Positions 13,309 to 24,442 of a stretch of 64,000 nt of DNA are shown here, one piece after another (position 1 is the first letter of the stretch; each line of letters begins with the position of its first letter). The position numbers and the translations under genes are program-made. The stretch spans positions 38,688,001-38,752,000 of the forward strand of contig CM114271.1 of NCBI GenBank assembly GCA_050084515.1, read 5' to 3'. Below the pieces are notes generated by a model. The model made no database searches and was not told where the DNA came from. It saw nothing but the letters and a program-made list of their open reading frames with translations. This DNA comes from Blasia pusilla (lineage: Eukaryota).

Positions 13309-14690
13309 CTAAGTACATCGAAGACAAACCCACCTTCCAGTAGGAACAAAATCCATACGTGGAGTCAAACACATCATGTGCCAACCCCTAGAACACCGAT
13401 CATACACCAACATACGGGCTACGTTTCTAGCAGACCCACACAACATGCACCTCAAACTAGCACGTATTATGGCTAAGCTTGGGTCAACAGTACCATCCAC
13501 ATTTGGAAGATGACATGACGCACAATTACGCACATGGTCCTTCCAAACAACTCCATCACAACCCTCCAACATGAGAACTCCAGAAGCTAACACCTCTCAC
13601 ACTCGTAAAATAGTGCGGCCTGCCATCACATCCAACGTTGTTAGTGCAATCTTCTGCAAATAGACATAGTCCCCCACATGGAACTTACAAATCGATGGTC
13701 GATAACCTCCATCCCGAATGGTTGCATACCGCAACGTATCCCTGTGTTGAGCAATGGCAAGATTCTCAAAGATTGTTGGCATAACTCTCCGAAAGAGCTT
13801 TGCACGTTGAGAACACACTTTCATCCACGTCTATGGGTCATCAAGGTTCACCACCTTACTAGACTCCCGATGAATTGCTACTAGCAAGTCTGGATCTTGG
13901 CCGTATAACAGAAAATAAGGTGAGAAGGAAGCCAAGGATGCTTGGCGACTGAACCTATACCCCATGGCTAACCATGGCAAGTGAATATCCCAATCTCCAA
14001 GATGCCCCTTCTGTAGGACATACTTGCGCAATGCCCTCTTCACCATTTGAACCACACGCTCAGCCAAACCATCCGCCTCTGGATGATCTCGAGACATGGT
14101 CCGATGATCAATCAACACCTTGTCACACAAGACCTAAAACTCACCCTCAAACTTTGTACCCTGGTTGATCAACACTTTAGCTGGTGCACCAAAATGACTA
14201 AGCACTCTATCAAGAAACGCATACGCCGTTCCCTCACTTGCCATGTCCGGTAATGCCACCAACTCAATCCACTTGGAGAAGTGCTCCACCATCACCAACA
14301 CATATCGATGATGTCGTACAGTCAACGGCAACGGTCCCCCAAAGTCCACACTCCAACGGTAACCCAACCCCATAATAGGCAAGGGGTGTAAATGTGGTGT
14401 AGGGGCATTGAATGATGCCCTCACCCGGTCACAAACCATACAATGTGACACCAATTTCTGCACCTCAGTATGCATGCCACGCCACCAATACTGACCAAGG
14501 AGTAAGCTATACGTACGCTTTACCCCAAAATGTTCCAACTCCTCATGGGCATGTCACACAATGCGCTCTCTTTGAGCCAAATGCGGCACTACTTGTACTC
14601 TACCATCCTCCCACACACGGAGAATATGTGTTCCCTCCAATCGATACCTCTTAGCACCTTGAAGAACACGGTCTCGCTCCTTGGCGCTCA
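13309..14690 (-). pseudogene. gypsy integrase with C-terminal PHD finger (copy 1)
   Basis: H-H-C-C zinc motif (HFGVKRT...CMVC), WSVDFGGP, VEHFSKW, NQGTKF, HPEADGLAERVVQ, then CMLC...YDRC..GWHMMCL...GRWVCLRCT. Confidence 0.9.
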
Positions 14691-14965
14691 CTATGCCTGG
14701 CACCCTTCTTGTCCGTAGGAACTCCAACACCAACGCATCATCATGAATATCATGCTGACCGTCCCATCATCTCCAACCTTAGGATCTGAAGGCTGGCCAT
14801 CTACCCTCTGACTAGAGTAAGATGTCATGTGGTCCTCCATACTAGAGTCCATCCCTAACCAACATAAAAAGGCAGATGCATGCCAACCTGGCACCATCTC
14901 CTCATCAACCTTGCCATGCCATCTAGCCCTAGTTGCATCCTCTTGGCTAGTACATGGGTTCCTAC

Positions 14966-16435
14966 TCAACCCATCAGCATCAAGGTTGGCAACTCCAGGT
15001 CTATGTACCACCTGGAAGTCATACTCCTGTAAGATAAGACCCCTGCAAGCTTCCCTGTAAGCTTGTCAGACTCCATCAACCACTTGAGCGGCTGGTGATC
15101 AGTAACAAGGGTAAACTGTGTGCCAAACAAGTAACACCTAAAGTCTGCCACAACCCACACTACTGCCAAGCACTCTCCCTCATATGAACTATAGCGCGAC
15201 TCCGTTGCATTATTCGAACGACTTGCATAGGCCACCACAAACTCCATGTGCTCATCATCATGTTGTGTCAACACCGCTCCAAGTCCCAACCTACTCCAAT
15301 CAGTGTGTAATTGAAATGGGCGCCCTCTGATAGGTCTCCTCAAGATAGGCGCAGTCACCAACTGGGCCTTGAGCTCCACTAAAGCTCTCTCCTGATCATC
15401 TCCCCGGTGCCACTCCTGATCTGATTTCAGCAATTGGTTCAAAGGCTTTGCCATAGCACTAAATCCCTTCACATACCTCCGATAGTAGTTCGCCAATCCC
15501 ATGAATGCCCGAACTCTACTCACATCTACCGGAAGAGGAATAAGTGCAATAGCCTCCTCCACCTTTGCTTGCTGAACTCCCAAACCACCTGGATAGATCA
15601 CATGACCCAAGTACTCAACATCCTCATGGAAGAACTTACACTTTCCAAGATGCAAACGTAGACCATGAGCTTTCAACCGCTTAAACACAATATGCAAATG
15701 TATATGATGCTCCTCCACCGTGTTACTGAACACCAAGATATCATCAATGTAACACCAAAAAAAATTCAATCCTGCTAGGATCATGTCCATCACTCTCTGA
15801 AACTCGACAGGTGCATTCTTCAACCCAAAGGGTAAGAATTTCCATTGGTACAAAAAATCCTTGCCATGAGAGTTGACACCCCAAAATGATGTCTTGGCTT
15901 TGTCACTCTCTCGAATTGGCAACTGATGGTATCCTGCCCGAAGATCCAAAGTACTGAAAATCTTTGCTTGTCCCACCACATCAAAGATCTCCTCAAGTGT
16001 AGGCATGGCATACCTATCGGCCTTGGTCTGCCGATTGATAGGGCGGTAATCTCCACACATCCTGCTAAAAAGGATGTGCATGTAGTTGCCATGCACATCC
16101 TTTTTAGCAGGCGTGACAGTGGCTGATGCATACTCTCCATGCGACAACTCCACTAATCGAGCCTCCAAAAGGTCCAACGTCCTACTCTGAATCATGTCCC
16201 TCTCCATATCACTATATCGGTAGGGACGACGGAAGATTGGCGAATCACTAGCCAAATCAATCCGTATACCGGGTCCAACCAAAGCACCCAACTCCTTCAT
16301 GCTAAAGGCAAAATAACTCCTATAAGCACGTATGAATTGTGTCAAACGTCGTTTCTCACCTCCCCTAAGCTTGGGCCCAAGTAATGGCTCCCAAGTCTCC
16401 TCTACTGGTACACTAGAGGGAGAGGACGACGCCAT
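14966..16435 (-). pseudogene. gypsy reverse transcriptase and RNase H (copy 1)
   Basis: RMCGDYRPIN, STLDLRAGYHQ, LPFGLKNAP, CYIDDILVFS, YLGHVI, FMGLANYYRRYV, LHTDWS, VAYASR, YEGECLAVVW, VTDHQPL. Confidence 0.95.
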
Positions 16436-16689
16436 TGGCCCCTATGCAACCCCCTCACAAGATGGTACACCCTTAGCTACACCATCATCTGAGCAAATAA
16501 CTCCTCCACTAGCATGAGCAACCAACTCTACATGCCCAGCCATTACATCCCATTTACTCCAAGGATGCAAAATACTATTCTCCTCGCCCCTAGCCGATGT
16601 CTCTACCATCCCGGTAGCCATTGAGCTCATCATAAGGGGTGGAAGACCCATAGACATAGTCCAAAGTCGACGTTGCTTGGCCATACCAA

Positions 16690-17650
16690 GACTCAAAATC
16701 CAGGTCAAACAATTCAGGTCCATGGCCTGACCCAACGCATGATGTCGTGAAGCCTCACAAATGGAAGCAACCGTTGTCACACCAGTAGCTAATCCTATCG
16801 CACGCTCTCTCTCATCAGCGTTAGGCTCCACCAACTGTTGCACATGAGAATCCCATACAAGCCCGGGACCACCTTCCCTGTAGGCATGTGACGAGGGAAA
16901 ACTTACAAATGTGGGTAGTTCCATCCTAGGCTCGCCCACACGGTTCACTACTGCCATGGGTGACCGATCAATAACCCTCACCACCTGAGAAAGTCGCCCA
17001 ATATCCAAGATACTATACACTGTAAGGCAAGGATCCCACTGCACTGCATCATATGCTCGACGTAGAACCTCCCTAGGCAACAAGTTTGTCCAACACAAGC
17101 GTGGATGATGTGCACACGAGCCAACTCGCGCTGCATCCAACAACACCGCTAGTCCAATCCAAGACCGCATCTCATGAACACTTGCCATCATCCGGGTCCG
17201 AGTGTCACCCAACAATGAAACATTCTCCAGAATGTAAGATGAAGTACGTGCTTGATGAACCTAAAGATGTCATAACACCCGTAACATCTCCCAAAACAAT
17301 CGAAACCTAGGGTCATGTAATCCCTCACCACGAAGAGCACGTGTATGACCCTGACATGGCCATCCAACAATCACCAAATCCACAGGACAAACCCTCTCAA
17401 GGTCCTGCGCCCCCAACAATGCAATGTGTGACGGCAAAGCACGTTGGTACCCACGAATAGCTGATGGAGGAAACAACTCAGGATATCTCCGCATCAACTG
17501 ACGAATATGTTGGGATGAGACTCTCTGGGCCATCTCATCTTGCTCTATATCTCCGCACAGGAATACCGGCCTGCAACATTGCAGCCAAACCATTGCTAAT
17601 CCCACCAAAGAGATCAAACACACAAATGCCCTCTGGTGGATACTGCCATA
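16690..17650 (-). pseudogene. C5-cytosine DNA methyltransferase domain (DNMT3-like) inside pol, copy 1
   Basis: Motifs in canonical order: I VFDLFGGISNGL, IV DLVIVGWPCQGH, V GLHDPRFRLFWEMLRVL, VI YIL(ENV) across a frameshift, VIII SCAHHPRLCWTNL, IX ERERAIGLATGVT, X RHHALGQAMDLNCL. Confidence 0.9.
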
Positions 17651-18099
17651 CAATGGGTGTAGTATCCAAAGGGGATAACCCAATTGGACCAGAAGTAGGA
17701 GTCCGCCGTGGGGCCTCCTCTTCCTTGTGAGGTATAACAGTCTCACACCAAGCCTCATGCACTAGGCGATCAGCCTCTTGCCGTAGTGCACCGCATGAAC
17801 ACCAAAGTGGCACATCCAACGATGAGGATACCATTGCTGCAAAACTAGGGACCTCCTCTACCTCCTCATGCACAAGAGAATCCATAGCAGAAAGATTACC
17901 CTCCAAAGAGTCTCCTGGCCAAGTGACTACTCCACAAAAACCATCCACAGATGCTAACACCGTCGCGGGAAGCCTTCCTGGTCGATACCCATAAATACAT
18001 CTCGCAGGAACCTGGCTCATACGTCCATCCCCGGACTGCCAACCAGGTCTATAAGACGATGTCTAAGTCCAGTAGTCCATCTGAAAACCCATCGGGTAC

Positions 18100-18400
18100 A
18101 ATACTGCTCCTCCAACTAGTACATCATACGACTCGGGTGACGTGACCATTGCAGGTACTGCCAACTGGGAGCTATCAATTGCATGATCTGGTCTCAACTA
18201 TACATAAAACTTCTCCCGTGTCATGTATTGAGTCCTATCATTGGCTCCTCCAAGTGATGTTTGAATCTGGAATGGGCAAGGCTCAAAGCTGTGACCTCCG
18301 AATACCCAAACCAATACATGTCGCCTTTCCGAACATCAAAGGTTGGGCACCAGGGTCTAACAAGACTCTATCTGGTCTATACACCTATCATGTAGGACTC
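18100..18400 (-). pseudogene. aspartic protease (copy 1)
   Basis: My translation of 18325-18370 gives RVLLDPGAQPLMFGK. Copy 2 has LVDSGAQPLMLG at the equivalent position. Confidence 0.75.
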
Positions 18401-18848
18401 ACCAATTGGAATATCCCACTCCGGTTGTCCAACATACATACACCAGGTGTAAGCCTCTCACGATCAATGGCTGGCCGGGCTGGTAATGCATCCATCTTCG
18501 CCGTTGCTGCCTGCCAAGTAGCAATGGTACTCAATGCTACACCTGACATAGAGGGTCGCTCCACCGCAACACCCTCATCCACCTCAGCACCTGTAGCAGT
18601 AACACCCCACGTTCACATAACGTGGCTGGTAGCTGAAATACATGAGCTAAGTCAACTACTAAAGCCATTAGCTCCGTGGCCAAAAATAATGGGGATCCCA
18701 ACACTGAAGTTGCCATCCGCAATACTGCACTGGATGGTGCATCCGTATCTACTACACGCGATGTAGATGCCCTAGTCCCCACTGTAGGCTCAATAGGCTG
18801 TGTAGGAACCATGGATGGAGTCCTAAGCACCTCAGACAACAAGAATGA

Positions 18849-20495
18849 CTAGGGAAGCCTAACCTGCCTCCCAACCTCACCCCTCTGTGGATCCAACTCC
18901 ACAGTAGCACCACGTGGCTCTGACGCTCGAGTGGCTCCTCTCGTAACTGCAGATGATGCCTCAACATGTGCTACACTCGCCATATAAGAGAGATCATCCC
19001 CTCCATAAGAGGTGGAAGCCCCTGCTCCCGAACTTGCTCTATGCTGGATACCAGCCATAGTAGCCAACTTCTGCTCCAACTGCTCAATTTTGGCAGCCAG
19101 AGCTAACTCTATCGTAGTGATAGGGGTAGCCAACGTAGGCTCTCCAACCAATGGTCCATCTCTACCATCCCTACCACCTTGGCCTCTTGGAGCTACTCCA
19201 CCACGGCCGCGGCCTGATCTCAACTCTGGATGAAGATCAAAGCAGCGCTCTCGAGGATGACCTGGTCTCCCGCAATGATCACATTGAGTTGGGGCCAAAT
19301 GAGGCCCATCCTCCAAAGTCCGTCTCCCATCCTCTTGGGGGAAAAACCTCCTAACATGATCACCTCCACATGTCCAACATGATTGTCCTTGCTGCGGGGC
19401 AGCAAATGAAGGCAATGGTCTCTGGGCAAGTGTCCCTCTAGGACCTAAATGAGGTCGTGTGTACCCCCCACAACTCCCACTACTACTACTACCACCACTA
19501 CTACGAGACTGTGAGGTGGAGTGCTAAACACGAGAAGTAGTAGTTGTATCCCTACTGAATGCGGATGCCACCACTCTCTCCTCCACAATGTTAAGCTCAA
19601 TCTTGTCAAATAGAGCAAACATATGGGTCAATGTGGGTGAATCATCACTCATAAGAGTAGCATCACGTACCCTACGGCGCAATTCTCTGTCCAAGATCCC
19701 ATACCAAAATTGGAGTGCATGAGCCTCACTCACACCATGGGTAAGTGAAATCAAGCGTCGCATACGAGTGTATGCCTCACGAAGACTCTCACCAGTCTTT
19801 CGCTCAAATTCCTGAAGACTCCTCAACTTCTCTATCTTCACTCCCTGATAGTTCTTCTTCAACCTCTTGAAGAACTCTGCAACCGGGCTGAACGATGGTG
19901 GGGCACTAGTACCTCCACTAGTACCCCCACTGGTACCTCCACTAGTACCCCCACTCCAGCTCGTACTTGTACCACTCAACGTCGGGCTGGCTGGAATAGT
20001 AGGAGCACTACTACCAATACCACAATGGGTGATAGACACATAGCCTGGAGACCAATGTTGTCTACACGCCTCAATCTCAGCAACATGGTCCTTCCTAAAC
20101 TCATGGTTATCGTCCATGGATGGTCCCTCCAAGTGCTGAAACGACCCCTTCCAAGCCAAGAAGGGTGTAAACAATGTGGCGTTCCGCAACATCTGCATAT
20201 CATACCACGTATCAAACTCCTGAATGAAGTCCTCCAACTCAATGGTGCCCACTGCACCCGAGTATCGTCGTGGGCCCTTCATGGCCCCATATATCCCGTC
20301 CATGTTCCAACTCAATGGAGCTGCAACACTCGATAACAACGTAGAAGACTCGATGTTTGGAACACCCTTGTCCTCCTCTTCATCAACCTTCGAAAGTGGA
20401 AAAGGTAGCCGATACCTCAATCCACTCCATGTAAAACCACCATTGTCCGCACCACGGTCCCCAACCAGACCAACAGACAGCTCTGTGATGACCAA
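18849..20495 (-). pseudogene. gag with two zinc knuckles (copy 1)
   Basis: Retrotransposon gag-like GESLREAYTRMRRL...QFWYGILDRELRRRV, followed by CWTCGGDHVRRF and CDHCGRPGHPRERC. A 12-bp tandem repeat encodes (SGGT)n at about 19906-19955. Confidence 0.85.
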
Positions 20496-21992
20496 CGCCG
20501 ATGCCGTACCACCACCAAATCACCACCACTAAGTAATCGAGTGACGTCGATGTCGCTATACTAGCTCTACTAGCTATGGGTGTAGGCAACCTAACCTGTC
20601 ATCACCACAAGAAGCCTCCGGCGGTCTATTGGTCATCACTCCGGCCTCACTATTGGTAGCACACATGAGTAAAACTACTCTGGAAATCAATGTCAACCCT
20701 AAAAATGGGCGCGCAAGCAAGAAGCAACGATGGAGGGGATCCAAACATATGAAGTCCAACGACAACCCTCCAATCGCAAATGGAAATCAAGCTAACAAAA
20801 TCCACCAAACATGGCGCCCCCTGAATCCACAGAACCCACCACAAAATTCTAATGCAATAGCTACTCCGCCGTTAGTCGATGACTTGCTAGTCGCACTCGC
20901 AGCCCTTAAAAATATCACCTGCATGGAGAGGCTACACCGTACTATGCGTTAGAGGTCCATCAACCAAAAACTCGAGATGCATAAAGCGCCTAACACATCT
21001 CCGAACAACACCAAATGAGCTACACCAGTGTGTACACTGGCATAGTTAAGAACTCAGCAGTTAAACGTCTTCCAGGCAGAATAGCCCAAAGATGGGTGAC
21101 CAATTATGCAACACTTAACTCACAAATCCTGCAAAAACTGCCTCATACCCAAGCAAGCAAGCAAGCTTGCTTGCTCCTTGCTCCTTACTCCGCCTCTCAC
21201 CCCCACTCGCCCCGAGCTACCACGAGTTGCCTCGAATCCTCAAAACGCTGAGACATGCCACGTTTGCCATGCTTCACTATGGAGAGAGGCCCAACCAAGG
21301 CGCCCCCAGCGGGATAGGCGTCTCCAACAACAGACGAATCACCAACCAACCAGCCCCTCCGATTTGTTGTCCACCATAGCCAGACCTTGAGCTAGTGCGC
21401 AAAATTTTGATCAGCAATTACTCCACAAATCCTCAACCAAGATTGAATTTTTTTCAACTTAAATTCAATTGGCCACCATATCTATCTCTCCACAAAAAAT
21501 CAGCTACAACCGAGCCCTGTACTTTGAGCTAAAAATCAGACAAACTTGATGTCCATACACCTCCAGAATCACAAATCCGACAGGGCTTCCGCCCAGATTC
21601 ATGCACACAGAAATCCGCAACGCTCCACACACTCAAGCAGATAGCTTCACATGAGATCACAATACAAGTAGTAACATGAACCTCTCACCCAATCTGGATG
21701 AACTTCAACAGTGCTTCTGCACTCCAAGCTCTCCACATCAGAAAACCGTTGAACACGAACCAGAATCTTCAATCCTTGATAACTTCCAACTCCCTTAACA
21801 AAATCCGACGATCTAAAGCGCGTTGGAAAGCTCTCAGCAAGGCGCTTTTTTCCCACACAACCACACCAGATTCACACCTCCAACATAGGCCACAAGCCAC
21901 GAACATCCACGGCTGAGTACACAATCAGCCCTAACCAGATCCTACTGATCCACGATCGAAGCTACCATCGATCTACTCTAGTTCTTTGAGTT

Positions 21993-22358
21993 AAATGCAT
22001 CAAAGACATACTATCATAAAACACGTATAGAATCACATACAATCGAGCCAAACTGACTCTACGATGGGAGAATCCAGGTCGAAGCTTACTGGAACGACCA
22101 TAGCCAAGAGCTCTACTCACTACCAAGGCTAACTCCCAACGCAACAGGCTCAACTCAAAGAACTAACGGTTCTTTGAGTGCACTCCACACTATATCCTCC
22201 AACCTAAGAGCGGGCCCTACTCGAAGAGTCACCCTCAATTGAGTAACCCCCAATCCTATGTATGAAATCGCATCTCTACCTAGACATTACCGCCCTACAT
22301 AAGGTATGGCCTCTACTAGCACACTCTACTCTACGACATAATCCGTATGGTCATGACA
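21993..22358 (-). repeat. 5' terminal repeat (segment B only) of DNMT-gypsy copy 1
   Basis: Matches 12662-13027 over 366 bp and lacks segment A. It contains a TATA-like motif (22191-22195) and an 11-bp hairpin (22153-22179). Confidence 0.92.
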
Positions 22359-23801
22359 TACGGTTCATATAAGAGATCTTCTACTAGTGGAAGCAAGAAT
22401 TTATTCCAAAGTGTTGCAGTTTGAGCATGTGTGTTGTACGATATAATAATTGCAAATAAGCGACAAAGTAAAGAACCTATACGAATTGTAGTAGCTTCTT
22501 CAAAGCAAGAGAACACTTCCCTATCATCCTCAAGAAGTCCCAATTGGATAGAAGCCTCCTTGAATGTTGGACATAATACCCCATTAACAATTCTCTAACA
22601 TTCATACGTAGTTGCTCCTCGAACATGATGGAGAAGTAATCTCAACCAATGATGTTCTCCTTCACCTATGAGGAATTAAACTAAATGAGTTTATCCCAAC
22701 ATATAGATACATCGCTTTAGAGGTGGAATATAAAAGAAAGAAGTTGTGAGCATTTACTTGGATGAGTAAGGTATAAGCGACCAATGGGATGGCCACAACC
22801 ATTTTGTTTTTGTACCCTACGAATCCATCTCTTGTTACTCCAACGATAATAAGAAGGAAAATCTATGTATAGATGTTTTCCAGCACTAGAGTCAGATAGA
22901 TTGGTTGCAAACCATTGGGTCAATATTGTCTATCTTTTTAGTTGCAAAATATCTCCAAGAGAGACAACATCATTGAAGTAGACTAATTGTTGTTCCGGAA
23001 GATGGACTGCTAGTTGTACGATGCTTGGAAGTTCAACATGTAGACTAAACTTAAAGAGACGCCAACATGCCTCCGAAGAAAAAATATATTTGGAATAATG
23101 AGAATACCAAATATTTGAGTACGGACAATCACATGAAGTTGAGAAGTAAAATATAATGCATCAGAGAAGTCAATCCATAAAATCATACCTCGCATCAAGA
23201 TATGATGTTGTCTCGTCAATAACTTCAATTACATTGGATGTATCCATATCCTTTGACAACTTAAATGACACAGCAGCAGATCCTTTATAAACATATTTGT
23301 ATAAGTACTTGACAGCAGAAACACTACTTGTAATCTCCAAATTAATGTGACAATCAAATAGGATGCATAACATCGGATCGTAAGGTACAACCCAACGATT
23401 ATCCAATGAATGTTCGCTCTTAATTATTGCCCTTCAATTCTCCAATCTACAAAAACACAATAACAATCGTAATTAATCATGAATGAATGTATTAGAAGGA
23501 ATCATGAATACATATGCCTTAAAAATAAAAGGGTCCTTACCTACGATATATCGTATAACCATCTTTTGTTTGGGTAGTGTTGGACGCAAAAGCTTAAGGA
23601 TAGCCTTTTGTACATTTTTTTGTTTCCTTATCCATACACGGAGCATTTGGATTTAATGGTCCATATGGTCCGTGAACCATGCAATTAGTAACGGTAGAAT
23701 ATAACCTTGGATGGGTAGATTGATCAGGGATTGTAGCTGAAATGATACGATCATAATCAATTTTGGTACGTGGTTTATCCTCATAACCTAGAACAATAAG
23801 G

Positions 23802-24442
23802 TGTCGTGCGCATACACATCGCTACACAACATACATCGCTGTCACCGAACACACACACAAACACGCATGATCCCATGCTAACTCATGGCATCCAAACAAC
23901 GAGACAAGAAGAACCAAAATATCTCCAATAAAGTAAGATCCAATCTCTCTCTCCACCATCTCACACCATAGCTCTCAAAGGTGTGCACTATCTCTCATGT
24001 CAAACCAAACCCACTCTCCTAATGAGAGGTTTGGGTTACACTCACAAGGCAAGGTACCATAGCTCCGCCGCCTCATGCCAAGAGGTTCAACAAAGAGAGA
24101 ATGAGCTCTCAAGCTCTCTCTCCTTGAGGTATACCCCTCTCCTCTCCCAAGCTCTCTCCATGGTAACCTATTCTCCCAAGTCATCTCCTTGGCTCTTGAC
24201 CTGATGTAGGAGGTCAAGGGCCACTTACCAAAAATAGTAAGTCAATCATATACTCAAAATGGTACTTATCTAAAATAGTAAATTCCTCAATATGGCTCCA
24301 AATGAGCCGAAACGAAGGGGAAACCTGTTATCTCAGGTTTCAAGGGCCTCGATGAGGTCACCTCGACCTCATCGGGCGTGTCCTCCACTACTCATGAAGG
24401 CGCTTTATTAGATCCCACCGATCTATCCTAAAAGACGTGACA
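23802..24442 (-). mobile_element. solo terminal repeat of the DNMT-gypsy copy-2 family
   Basis: 641 bp, near-identical to 32810-33450, with TG...CA ends and an exact 4-bp TSD AAGG (23798-23801 and 24443-24446). It splits the Helitron codons GLPHVHVL|IVLG. Confidence 0.95.

Larger units (their letters stand above)
12554..22358 (-). mobile_element. Ty3/gypsy retrotransposon carrying a C5 DNA methyltransferase and a PHD finger, copy 1, with split terminal repeats
   Basis: TG...CA termini. Helitron B sequence resumes on both sides. Domain order is gag-PR-DNMT-RT-RH-IN-PHD. Repeats: A1 12554-12660, B1 12662-13027, A2 13030-13136, B2 21993-22358. Confidence 0.93.

Noticed and set aside
16690-17650. 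A host DNMT3/DRM gene or processed pseudogene nested by chance
   Set aside because: It has the same position and strand in two diverged elements, no introns, and no insertion boundaries of its own.
18149-18766. 205-aa plus-strand ORF and other antisense ORFs over gypsy pol
   Set aside because: They are antisense shadows of the retroelement coding strand, are not conserved between copies 1 and 2, and have no recognisable domains.
12554-22358. Classifying the split-repeat elements as DIRS/Ngaro tyrosine-recombinase retrotransposons
   Set aside because: I found no tyrosine recombinase motifs. They encode a protease and an HHCC/DDE-type integrase, end in TG...CA and make TSDs. The MTase is C5 type (PC and ENV motifs), not the adenine MTase-like domain of DIRS.
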